This document shows, piece after piece, positions 24,612 to 36,736 of a DNA stretch of 64,000 bases. Position numbers and translations under genes: made by a program. Source of the DNA: the human T2T-CHM13v2.0 reference genome, Homo sapiens; the NCBI RefSeq assembly GCF_009914755.1, contig NC_060942.1; one strand, given 5' to 3'. How positions within the stretch are numbered: position 1 is the stretch's first letter; every line of letters starts with the position of its first letter. Under the pieces are notes generated by a model, which was not told where the DNA came from, made no database searches, and worked only from the letters and a program-made list of their open reading frames with translations.

Positions 24612-25999
24612 AGGGGACACTCAATACATCCAGTGCTTTAGAGCTAAATGAAAGTATAACACCAAAGAGTATCTTTTTGTTCTGGCCCTTGGAGGAAGCC
24701 TTTGGTGACCACATGGAAATATTTCCCAAGGAGGTCTTGAAGCCACAATGTAGTGGGGAAGGATGGACCAGTGGGTGAGAAATTGGAAATGGAAATGGAC
24801 TGTGCTGGCCTCAGCATGGAGAGCAGGGCAGGTGGCCTGAGGCGGATGCAACCCCACTGGGAATTATGGCTGTCTTAGTTTCAGGAACCGACATCAGCCC
24901 TGCAAAAACAATCTTAAGCCCGGTGCTATTTTAAATTTATCTATATTCACATTTTCAGTTCAGAAAATACAGAGAATGCTACCTTTGGAAAACACCACAT
25001 TCTTCCATTTCATTTGGGTGTTATGTAGATTTGATAGATGTAAATGAATTAAATTTAAATGATTATTTAACATGTAACCAAACCATAACCTCAATTACTC
25101 AAATTGAAATAATGCCCTGACATTTTCCAAAACATCACCTCATTTTATTTTGAATTAATTTTCTTAAATATGTCAAGATAATTGAATGAGAGAAATATCA
25201 CTGAAAAGAGCCTTTCCTTACATTTGAGGCTTTATTTTCCAAATATAAAATTCATATATTTCCTCAACAATTCATTAGCTGGGGACTCCCTCCAGGGATG
25301 GAAAGTCTAGCAAGGAAATTAATTCCTAAATGAGATGTTCCTGCAGAAACCTCTCCCATATGACACACAGAGCTATCGAGGAAAGACTCCCTCAAATATA
25401 CGACACTAGTCAAGGAATTCACCAAAAAATGTGAATATTTATAAGGCAACTCTCAACAACAAGCAGCCAATCATCATTAGATCCTTTGGTTTTCATTATA
25501 ATAAAATTAATCTTGATTAATTCATTCATTATTAATCTTGCATTCAAATGCAATTCCATAGAAACTGCATTGTGATTTAGCAATTAATTTACATGCCAAG
25601 ATTGAGCAGCATTTCCTTGGTCCTCCGAGGCATAGCTCTCCCCTGTGTCGTGGAGTCAAAGGCAGGCCCAGAAGATCCATTTATCTGAAATATTCCAGGA
25701 AAATAAAAGCAAATGTCTAAGGTATAAATGCTAAAGCAGGGGGATGCCTTTCCTGCCTCATGTTCTGTAATCTGAAAAACAAAGACCCTGTCTCATCTGG
25801 TGTGTAGGAAAAGCACACACCTACTTCATATGTCCAAATAAGGTGCAGGTCTGCAAGCAGTTTAATTGAATTCTTAAAGCTTCTGATTTCTACTCATTGT
25901 CTGCATGAGCTTTCAAAGATGTGTTTTTGTATAAAAATTCTGAAATAACAAATTGTAAGCCCACAGCTTTCATTCCTCTCTTCGTGAAGTGGCCAAATA

Positions 26000-26338
26000 C
26001 CATCGTGCACCACATGCGGACATTTCATAGACCACACATACGAGGGTGGTCTCAGAAGATGACAACACGATGTTTTCACTGCACCTTTCCTGTGTTTAGA
26101 TCTGTTTATATACACAAATACTCATCACTGTATTTTAACTGTCCACAGTATTCAGTATAGTTACGTGCTGTGCTGGTTTCTAGCCTAGGAGCAATGGGCT
26201 ACACCATACAGCCTAGGGGTGCCTGGACCATGCCGTCTAGGTCTGTGTACATGCTCTCTACCATGTTCACACGGTAACAAAATTGCCTAACAATGCACTT
26301 CTCAGGAGGTATCCGCATCATGGCGTGATGCATGTCTG
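26000..26338 (+). mobile_element. Tigger3a/MER7A (TcMar-Tigger) non-autonomous DNA transposon
   Basis: TA on both flanks; internal TAGCCTAGGAGCAATGGGCTACACCATACAGCCTAGG and CAGTATTCAGTATAG; degenerate TIRs. Confidence 0.85.
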
Positions 26339-27714
26339 TACATAGAGTATTTGGTATATACGTATAGTGTGGGTTCCCATCACGGGATGGGAAGTCCTAG
26401 GGCCGTATTGAAGAGAAGCTTCGTCAGTGAATCAGCAGATGAGGTTATAAAAAACTCTGATTTTTACCCAACAATGTTTTTATTATTTAGTTTCCCCAAA
26501 CATAATTGTATATATATAAGAATTAAGAAGCACTGCAATAATAAGGGAAACCCGACTGACTAACTGATAGCTTTGGTTTGTGAAAATGTCTGCACATCTG
26601 CCAAAATACGAAGGTTTTAATTATTCATCCCCATCTCCACGGGTGGGTGCAGGGGGCAGCATCAGAACTCTCTGTTGCTATCCCTTTACGCTGTCCAAGA
26701 TTTACTGATGTATATATCCAAAAAGGTGCTGGCATACTGTCTTCATTCTGTCCAAAAGATGAAGAAGGAAAAAACAAGTTTTCAAACAAAACTTGGAAGC
26801 AATCCCCACACTGAGGATGTTTACACAGGGTTTCTTGATTGCACAGGAAACAAATGTTCCCATTTGATCTGATCAGCCCTATTCCATCTAGCTAAGGCTA
26901 TTGTGAAAGAAATGAGAACTTTCATCCACCTGCGAAAGGCATAAACCAGAATTTCCAGTTGAAAAGGGAAGTAAATGAGAGCTTCGGCTTCCAGGCTAGG
27001 AAATGCCCTCATAAGCTGCATCAGAATGTCTGAGTTCCTGTTGACTGTGTGGACCTGGTTTTAAGAACCGCCCTTCAGCACCCTGCAAAAGCATCTCTTC
27101 CCAGCAAACGCGGGTTGGCTTTCAGCATGGTGCCGCTTCCCGCGCATGGACAGGAGCTCAGGCGCCACACCTGTTAACTACCAATCACGCACCTCTCAAT
27201 CAATCCCCCTCGGGCCAGCCCTGCAGAATGAAGATGTCAGAGCTGTAGCTATTAATGCCCTGAAGGACACGAAGATCAGTCGCATATTACAAAGAGAAAT
27301 AGAAAGGGAACAAAATCGTCCTGACGTACATTTACCTAAAATATCCAAGAAATTGAGACAGATGTCATCAGCATAGACCCTCATTCGTGGGCCTCGGTTT
27401 TTCTGCTAAAGGACAGTGAGCCAGGCCTTTGCTTTGAGGCACTGTTGGCATCTCCTTGGAGCAGTTTCTTGAGTACTTCTCCACAAACAGGCCTTTATTG
27501 TGTTCGGGGTGGAAAGGATTTGCATCTTAAAGCACACGTATCAATGATTCAGTGTTTATAAGCAGTTTAAGTTGTCTATTTCTCCTTTTTTTCCTAAAAA
27601 TTTTTCACTGTGCTGCCCTTCGAACTTTCTTGGAACCAACTTCAGCTATTTATTGATATCTTTTGAATTGTGACATCTGCCAATTTGATATAAAGAAATA
27701 TAAAAATATATTAA

Positions 27715-27799
27715 ATCTTATATATGCATACATTTTGTATACGAATGTAATATATATATGTGTGTGTACATGCATGTCTGTGCATGTGTGTGTGTGTAT
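27715..27799. repeat. Degenerate (TA)n/(TG)n microsatellite
   Basis: TATATATATGTGTGTGTACATGCATGTCTGTGCATGTGTGTGTGTGTATG. Confidence 0.75.
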
Positions 27800-29529
27800 G
27801 GAGACATGGAAAGGAGCCTTAATTACACTGAAGTCTACTCAGAAGTGCAGTGTGATCTGAAAATCTTAGCTCATCACCTCCCAAATCTCCAAGAAGCAAA
27901 GGGAGCACAAAAGAGAAGCCCAAGCTCTGTAGGTGCCAGAAGGGACCTCGTGCCCCAAGGCATTCTCTGGGTCATTGCTCCTGCTGGCCACATCCCTGTC
28001 CTGTCTGGATGGAAGTCCGGCCCGTCGGTGTGTGAGCTGTGCAGCATCCACACTGTGTCTGATGCGAGTAAAATGGAGAATACACTCCTCCTTCATCCTG
28101 ATGATCCCGGGGTCCCAAACATGGAACGCTGCATACACACGTCTGGGTATCATGCAAGGCAGCTGGAGGACCCATAGGGTGCAGACCCTGTGGCTACGTG
28201 GAGGCTGAGGGTCCCCACTTAAGGGCCATCCAGAGTGGCTGCCTTTTAGGAAAAGCTTGATTCCTTCCCTGCAATCTCTCGGTGTTAGGACGCGGCCCTC
28301 CAGTGCATCAAGCATTCTCTTTCTTACCTGTTAATCCTACAGGTCTCATTTTAGACAAAGATAATCACCCTGGAGATGAGGAAATAATGACATGAAGCTG
28401 GTGCTTTGTTCACTCTTTATAAAATGTCCATTAGTGACCAGAGCCATCCTGTCATGGACACCGTGTTGGCCTGAGATGCTCTCTTCTCCTCCCTCTGATT
28501 TTTTTTTTTCTCAATGCTTCCTTGAGAAACCGCCTTCATGTCCAAAGCTGCAACTGCCCCTATGGGGAGGACTCACACTTAGGCCAAAGCCCAGAGCCCC
28601 TTGCCATTCAGAACCATTCGTCCAGCCGCAGACTCCATGTCTCCACGCGTGGGCGAAGTGTGCTTCGAGTGCAGCACAGCTGCTCCTAAGGCCTGGCTTT
28701 TCCCTGTGGCCCTGGGTCTTCTCCAGGACCCCTTCTCGGGGACTGTACTCCCATCCGCCCAGGCGCCAGGCCCAGGAGTTAGGGAACATTGCAGTTGCCC
28801 ATTTTCAAGGAGGTCAGAGGGGAAAGGAGGAGACCGAAGAGTCTGAGAAGTGGGCGGGAAACTCAGAGCACAGCCGCCCTCGCCACCCTCCTCTGACAGG
28901 GCGGCACTGCTCATTGCTGACGTTTCCCAGGGAGTAAGGACCTGGCCCAAACACCTGTACCCTGAGCTCCAGAGAGAGCTTCCCATCCACAGGGTTGGGG
29001 GGAGGGCAGTGAGGAGAACTGAAGGGCTTGGCTACTCCTGTAGAAGGAAAGGTCCACGGGGCTCTGAGAGAGAGAGAGCTGAGTCACTCTCAGCCAGGAA
29101 GGACGGGTGCAAAGGACAAAGTTGACGGTAGTTACGTGAGGCTCCAGAGGAAGAAGCTCCCAAGGGCTGCTCTCAGGGACTCATTCTTCCAGAGAACAAG
29201 AGTGAGCAGCTCAACAGTTGCATTCAGAGTTCAACAAACAGGATGACCTGAAGGCGGGGGGAGGCAGTGACATCGGAGGGAGGGCCAGGGAGGCCCCTCT
29301 GAGAGGGTGGGAGCCTAGTGGAAGAGAGGTCTGGTAAGGATCTCGTTGTGGAGCGTGAAGGGGGAGGGTCTGCAAGGAGAGGCGGCCACAGGTGCGTTGC
29401 TTTGCGGGATCAGCTGGGTTTGTGCAAACAGCGGTGGGAGATGGGGGCCAGGGTGATGCTAGGTGTATCCCACTGGTCTAAGCAACGGACATCTGAACGT
29501 TTCACAAAATTATGGCAGTGACTCAAACC

Positions 29530-29615
29530 TCATTCGTTCATTCAATGAGAAATATCAGATGCTTTCCAGGTACCAGATACCGCTCCACCTGTGGGTTTAT
29601 GGTGAGGAACACTCT
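29530..29615 (-). mobile_element. L2 3' end remnant
   Basis: CATTCGTTCATTCAATGAGAAATAT...GTACCAGATACCGCT. Confidence 0.45.
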
Positions 29616-29721
29616 GACGTGTATTTTCCTCAATAATGTATCTGGAAACATCATGATATTATGAAGGCTATGTAAGCACATATGTATGAAAAACACTTTT
29701 GAGCCAAAACACCATACTGAT

Positions 29722-29895
29722 AGTTATATATAACATTCATATAATATATATCACAATATATAATATGTATGCTATGTATTGCATTATTAAATATATATGC
29801 TACATATAATACATATATTATGGCATATTATGTATAGCATATAATATAGATAGCATAATCATAAATATATATAGCATATATATTATCTATATTGT
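29722..29895. repeat. AT-rich degenerate (TA/ATAT)n tract
   Basis: ATATAATATATATCACAATATATAATATGTATG... Confidence 0.8.
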
Positions 29896-29950
29896 GTTAC
29901 TAAATATAACATTTTCCCAAGAAAATTATCCCAACTACTAGAAAACACCT

Positions 29951-30296
29951 TGATATCGTTTGGCTGTGTCCCCACTGAAATCTCATCTTGAATTCCCACG
30001 TGTTGTGGGAGGGACCTGGTGGGAGGTAATTGATTCATGGGGGCAGGTCTTTCCCATGCTGTTCTCATGATAGTGAATAAGGCTCATGAGATCTGATGGT
30101 TATAAAAAGGGGAGTTTCCCTGCACAAGCTCTTTGCTGCCATCCATGTAAGATGTGACTTGCTTCTCCATACCTTCCACCATTATCGTGAGGCTTCCCCA
30201 GCCACATGGAACTGTCAGTCCAATTAAACCTCCTTCTTTGTAAATTACCCAGCCTCTGATATGACTTTATCAGCAGCGTGAAAACGGACTCATACA
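29951..30296 (+). mobile_element. THE1B solo LTR (ERVL-MaLR)
   Basis: TGATATCGTTTGGCTGTGTCCCCAC...CAGCAGCGTGAAAACGGACTCATACA; 5-bp TSD CACCT at 29946-29950 and 30297-30301; TATAAAA at 30101. Confidence 0.95.
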
Positions 30297-32611
30297 CACC
30301 TGAAGTCAAAGATAATACTTCTAAGTTCTTCAAATGAAGAACTGTTCTGTTGGTAACGTTAGGCCACCAAAACATTAATTAAATTCAACTCTTGTTTTAC
30401 TACCATTTGTATTAGATGTGTTCAAAGTCAAAGAAACTATTTCAAATTTTGAAAAATCCATAATTTATCAAATCATGGACACTTTACCCAAATGGTGATA
30501 GTTGTACTAAGATTAAGAAAATTAAATTAACAGAGTGTGTGATTATGGCAGTCACGTTGCATTTCCCCCATGTTCTCAATTGTACATATGAAGGAGACAC
30601 AGCAAGGCATGGGCCACCTGCCCTGGGCATGGAGACCGAGTCCGGGTCCTCCCTTCTCTGTGCATGGAGCTCTCATCCTGTGACTTTCCCTCACTGTGTC
30701 TGGTCTCCACCACAGGGCAGAAGACTCACTGGGCTGCCATCCATGACAGGTGTATGACTCTGTGATTCTGTGGTTCTTATGTTCTGTCCTGTCACAGGTG
30801 ATAACAGGAATATGTTCCTCTGTTTATAATTACATTTCTGTTCCATATTCTTTAAGGATTGGGAGGCAGGGAAGGAAATGGACATACACATTGGACAGGC
30901 TTTGTGGTCCCCGTTCCTGGGAGGAGGTCAGATTCCCTGAGCGGCAGCGGCACCCCCAGAATGTGAACCCCGCGTTGCCATGAGACCTTCAGAGGAGATC
31001 AAGATGGAAAGGACTTCTGTGAAACCACGGAGGAGCATGCGGTCGCCTCGGGCCTCCTTCCCACTGGCAAATCCTCGAAGCAGAAATCACCTGATTCCCA
31101 TCTCATTCCCCTTGGAGTTGGGGAAGGAGTGGGATATACTGAAAAGATCCCTCTTTGGCCATGGGCAACGAAACCACCTGTGATTTCCTGTAATCCGATG
31201 AACGTAAAGTTTGAACTATAAGACAAACATGAACTTTAATCTTGGGTCCACCACTCTGCGGGCCTCCAAGCCCAAACCCTTCATCTCCAAACAGAAGTAA
31301 GGGAGACTCACCATTGCTGTGTGAGGATGGGGATGGGTGAGACTGGCACAGGGTGCCCCCAGGGCCGGCAGCGTGAGCCTGTTCTGTGAGAGAAAACCTC
31401 CTGAGAGCCTCCACTTTCTGGATTCCACGCGTTTGCTACACAGCAGCGTCAACTTGTGGGCTGAATCTCCAGTGAGCTTTGTTACGCTTTTCTCCCACAG
31501 AGCCATGGAACATGACTCATCAGTAAATGCAGTCAACTGAGGGCCTTTGCTTCCAGTGCACGAGAAAGAAAACGCTTTTATTTGAGGAAAAATAACATGT
31601 ATTCACTACTGGACACAAATAACAACATCGTAGAATTCCCTGCTCTTATAGTTCAAAAAACAGAGTAGAAGAAAAAGAAATGCTTCCGTGTGCAATATGT
31701 AAAGCTCTTGTTTCTTTGGTTTAAAACTAAATTGCCTTGAATTAAAAAAAAAAAGTGACTCCAAGTACAGAGACCAAGTCCAATGATACAAATAGGAGAG
31801 GAATCTGAAGCATCGTAAGAGGAGATTTTCAAGTCTGAGCAGTTAAATGCAGTGTCTGGAAAAGCGAGAAGAGTGATTGCAACCAAATGATCCTATTAAA
31901 CATCAAACATGAAGATCAGGTGATAAGAAAATATTTTCTCATATAATTATTATTTCATGCGTTTTGGTTGCTTTAGTTTATTCTTAAGGCAATACTTTAA
32001 ATTTCCCATCAACATTTAAAAATTATTTACGATAGTCTATCGTGTATCACCTTACTAACATATCGGGCGCAGTTAACATGAAAGCGGTTGGCAGTTCCAT
32101 ATGGTTTTTCTGAATGTCTATTGACTTTTCATAAATTTCAGCCTGCACAATTCTTTGTGGGAGGGGCGGAATGCTGGTTCCGGGGGACGGAAGCCTGAAT
32201 GATGCCTGCTGTGTTCCCACTTTGTGGTGATACTGGCAGTCCCCCCACTGTGGTGATAGTAGGAGTCCCTTGGTTTTTTTTTTTTTTTTTTTTTTAGTGT
32301 ATTAGGTAATTTTACTTCTCAGTGAAACACATTTCTGAATATTTAGTTGCTTCTTTACATAGAAACCTACCTCCTACCATGCTTCATATTTGCTTAGAAT
32401 GTAAATAATTTAACCCTACAGCTTCAACAGTCTTAATAACGGGTTCCTCAGCAGACAGTTTCTCTCTTCCTGCAGGAGAAGACTCAGGAATGAGGAGAGG
32501 CAACATCCTGTCCCAAGCATCACCTGCCGTGACGATGGCCGAGAGCCACAGTCCACACTCTGGGCAGCACTGGCACCTGTGCCCCAAGCCGTGGGCCTGA
32601 CTTTTAACTGA

Positions 32612-33260
32612 ACAACTTTATTACATAAGCTTTATCATCTTTCCAGAAGGGTTTTTCTTTCCTTCATACCTCTTTCAAGACTACACTCCCATGATTTTCT
32701 GCAAATTCACTGAGTGGTGTGTTAGTACATTTTAACCTCTCATATATGACCCTTAGTGCCTCTTCAGAGTCACTTTTGCTCTTAATCCCAGCCCCTGGCA
32801 ACCACTAATCTACTTTGTGTCCCTACCAATTGACCATTTCTGGGCATTTCATGTAAATGGAGTTAGAATATGTGGCCTTTTTTATCTGGCTTCTCGGACT
32901 CAGCATAAAGTTTTCATGGTTGATCTATGCTTTAGCATGTGTCAATACCTAATCCCTTTCATGGCCAGAGAATATTCCATTGTGTGGATGTACCACATCT
33001 TGCTTATCCTGTTACCTGCTGACAGACACTGTGTGGTTTTCCACCCGATACTTTAGGGTATTGTAATAGGGCTGCCATGACCATGCCCAGGCAAATCTTC
33101 CTGTGGGCATAAGTGCTCATTTCTCTTGGATAGGACTGGAATTTCCAGGTCTTGTGATAAACTTATGCTCAGCTCATTTAGAACTGCCAAGCTGTTTTCC
33201 AAAGTGGTTGTACCATGTTACACTCCCACTAGCAGTGTGTAACAATTCCTGTTTCTCCAC
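32612..33260 (-). mobile_element. Old L1 (L1MB/L1ME-type) 3' fragment
   Basis: CCCAGCCCCTGGCAACCACTAATCTACTTT, TATTCCATTGTGTGGATGTACCAC, TTTTCCAAAGTGGTTGTACCAT. Confidence 0.85.
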
Positions 33261-33404
33261 TAGGATTTAGTGCTGTCTCTCTTTTTACATTGTAACCATT
33301 ATTGAGGCGAGAGCACGCCCTTTCTTGATCTCATAGCCGACAGAAATCAAACAAGGTGCAGCAGAGGCAGTGGCTCTCAGAGTTGCTGCCTTCCCATGGC
33401 AGGC

Positions 33405-33743
33405 ACCACACTTCATACAAACACTTGTACACACATCACATCTGATACATGTGTTACATTTTATACATACCAACATTTTAGTCATACCTGTGTGTGCACA
33501 TAGACACGTCACATTTCATACATGCATATTACACACACACATCACATTTCATACCTGTGTATGTACACGAACTCATCACAGTTCATACATTCATACATGC
33601 ATTTGCACACACACATATTTCATACATACTTATGTGTACACATGTCTCCTTTCATACATGTACACATGTGCATATACATGTCCTGCATACATATGTGCAT
33701 ACACATATCACATTGCATACACATATGTGGATACACATATCAC
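33405..33743. repeat. Degenerate (CA/CATA)n microsatellite
   Basis: Long CATACACAT-type alternating tract. Confidence 0.9.
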
Positions 33744-33895
33744 AGTCCATTGGCCAATGTAAGTCTCATGGCCAAACCCAACATCAGGGGACGGGAAGCG
33801 TCCGTCTTCCAGAGACAGGCTCCGCGGGTCACACGGAAGTGTGCACATGGTCCTCTTACAGAACAGGCAGTAATTCTGGAAAGCAATAAGGCCTA
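33741..33895 (-). mobile_element. MLT1J/K-like LTR remnant
   Basis: CCATTGGCCAATGTAAGTCTCATGGCCAAACCCAACATCA resembles the old MLT1 motif. Confidence 0.5.
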
Positions 33896-35718
33896 ACAGA
33901 ACCCCCCACGGTGCTGTGGCCTGGGGTTGTGCCTCAGGTGGGGCTCAATCACCGAGCGCAGTGTGGCCCTGAGTGGAGAGTCGTGAACCGACGCTGAAGC
34001 AGCAGAAGACCGATAGGATGGGTGGTCAGTGTTCACAACTGCCTGCCTGGAGACGCCCTAGAGAACAGGGATTCGCTGACTGAGAATGCTTAGGAAATGC
34101 AAAATCCCATATTCCTCTTTCGGTGAGCCACATGCATCTTATTATTCCCAAATAATCTCACACTAATAAAATCTATTTAATTTTGACTCAGAATGTCCAA
34201 AATTGTGGTCCTGAAATACTTCCTTTGCATAACAGACTCAGGTTTCCATGATTTGTCCCCAGCATCGGATCAGGCCGCCCTCCGATCTTGATGGCATTGA
34301 CCTAAGCCTCAGGAGGCAGAGCGACGTCCCTCCCTCTGGCCTGCGTTCCTTCCCGACACACCCCTCTGGGGTATTCTAAGGGCACAGTGCTCAGGTTTAG
34401 ATTTTGTAATCCTCACTTGAAGTCAAGCAAAGTATAATTTTAACGGTCTGTGAGCTACTATAAAGTAAGTTCTCTTTGGGTTTGGAAAAAAAAATATTAT
34501 GCAAGTGCTCCAATATTTAACCAGGACAATCTATTATTTTATTGAGAATAAAATAATGCATATTTTATTCTCAAATAACTGTTCTCTCAGAAGGAAACAG
34601 ACATTCTAGGCAGGGGGATAGGGGAGGCAAACAGACAGAATAAACGGAGAGAGGAGGAAAACTTTATTGAATTTAAATAACAGCAAAATCTTTCTCAAGG
34701 GCACCTACCACAGTACATCTGGGCTTTCGGGAAAGCCACAGCTATTGACACCCGAGACGACAGAGGATCCATATGAAAAAAACTACTCTAATTATTGGCT
34801 GCCTTTGTAATTAGAAGTAGAAAGTATCAAACCATTTGTTCAGATTGATAGACAGGGAATGTATAATGCAAAGAGATTTAAAGGTTACTGTCATATCCTC
34901 TGAGCCAAAGAAAAGCAGATCAACTGTTCCTAAGGAATTCAGTTACAAACATACAATTGGTGCACTAAATAAGACTATGCTGCTTTCTTTTTCATTATGA
35001 GAATAAATAGCTTCACCTCTCAGAGCTTTGCTTCATGATACTAAATCTATTTATTTAATTTATAGGTACTAATAATGTAAAGAAACTGTGCTGGTGTAAT
35101 TTGATGAATATATTTGGTAAAGTTATTTCAATAATTTTTAATTTTCATATTGCTTATAGGGGCTGCTGTAAGATAAATACTGCCACTTTCTATCTTAGTT
35201 TTGTTTAACATAAATGCAAAACATGATCTAATTAAGGTTTATCAAATGCAAGCTTATTTGTATGACATTATGTCTGCCACAATGCCCATTAGTAAAGGCA
35301 GAGATTCTTAATAATCACTTAGATCTTGGATGATTGCTAAGCTTTTAAATTGAGCCCACAAGAGGAAATCAAGAGGCTTGTGCATTTTTCGCTTTGAGAA
35401 AAAGGAAAAGTTCTTCTCATAGACTGGTTGGGCAACAAGCCATTCACTTTGACGTGTTATAGAGGCAATATTTATTTAATGATGTTAATCCAGCAACATT
35501 TTTTAAATGGTTTGTTTTCAATTGGAGACTTCAGAGAGTGGGTGTGAAGCTTACACCTGCCCAGGTGTGAAAGTAGCTTGCAAGGTGGTGACACGGGCAG
35601 CAAACCCAGGAGAAAAGTTACCCAGGGCTTGCTCTGAAACTCACCGTTAGAGGCTCAGGTTCCAGGGGCAACCTGCACCCACATGGAAGCTATTTGACTT
35701 CGTGACTGGGCCATGTGA

Positions 35719-36197
<479 letters not shown>

Positions 36198-36379
36198 TAG
36201 GTTGATTACTATTCCACTCATTTGGAAGGCCGTGGTGAATTTGCATACCTAAGGACCCAAGATTCTGCCATGGACGCAGTTGCCTTTCAGGGCACTGACC
36301 CCACAAAGCGTGTTGACCAGGGAGTCCTGTCCATAAGGGACCTGGAATGGCTCTCTTCCTGATGTCTTCTCAAGTCTGC

Positions 36380-36736
36380 TGTTATAGGGTCCATGCTTGT
36401 GTCTCCCCCAAATCCGCATGTTAAATTCCACGCCCCCAGTAGGATAGTGTTAGGAGGTGGGTCTTTGGGAGATGCTGTCATTGGGTAGAGACGAGGTCAT
36501 GAAAGCGGAGCCCCATGTTGGGATTAGCGTCCTGATAAGAAGAGAGACCAGAGCTTGCTCTCTGTCTGCACTCCCTGAGCAAGGCCTCATGAGGGTGTAG
36601 GGAGGAGGAGGCCTCACCAGAACCCAATCAGTTGGGCTCACTTTCAGGTTCCAGCCTCCAGGACAATGAAAAACAAATGCTGTTTCAGCCACTCAGCCTG
36701 TGGCATTTTGTTAACGCAGACTGGCTGACTGAGACA
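36380..36736 (+). mobile_element. MSTD/MLT1A-like solo LTR (ERVL-MaLR)
   Basis: TGTTATAGG...TTAGGAGGTGGGTCTTTGGGAG...CCTCACCAGAACCCAA...CTGACTGAGACA. Confidence 0.8.

Noticed and set aside
28392-29521. Cluster of 67-181-aa ORFs in GC-rich DNA
   Set aside because: Open in several frames on both strands as expected from GC content; no recognisable domain or convincing splice structure
24251-30296. Two THE1 LTRs as ends of one provirus
   Set aside because: Opposite orientation, different subfamilies, each with its own TSD (AGGGG vs CACCT), and no internal sequence
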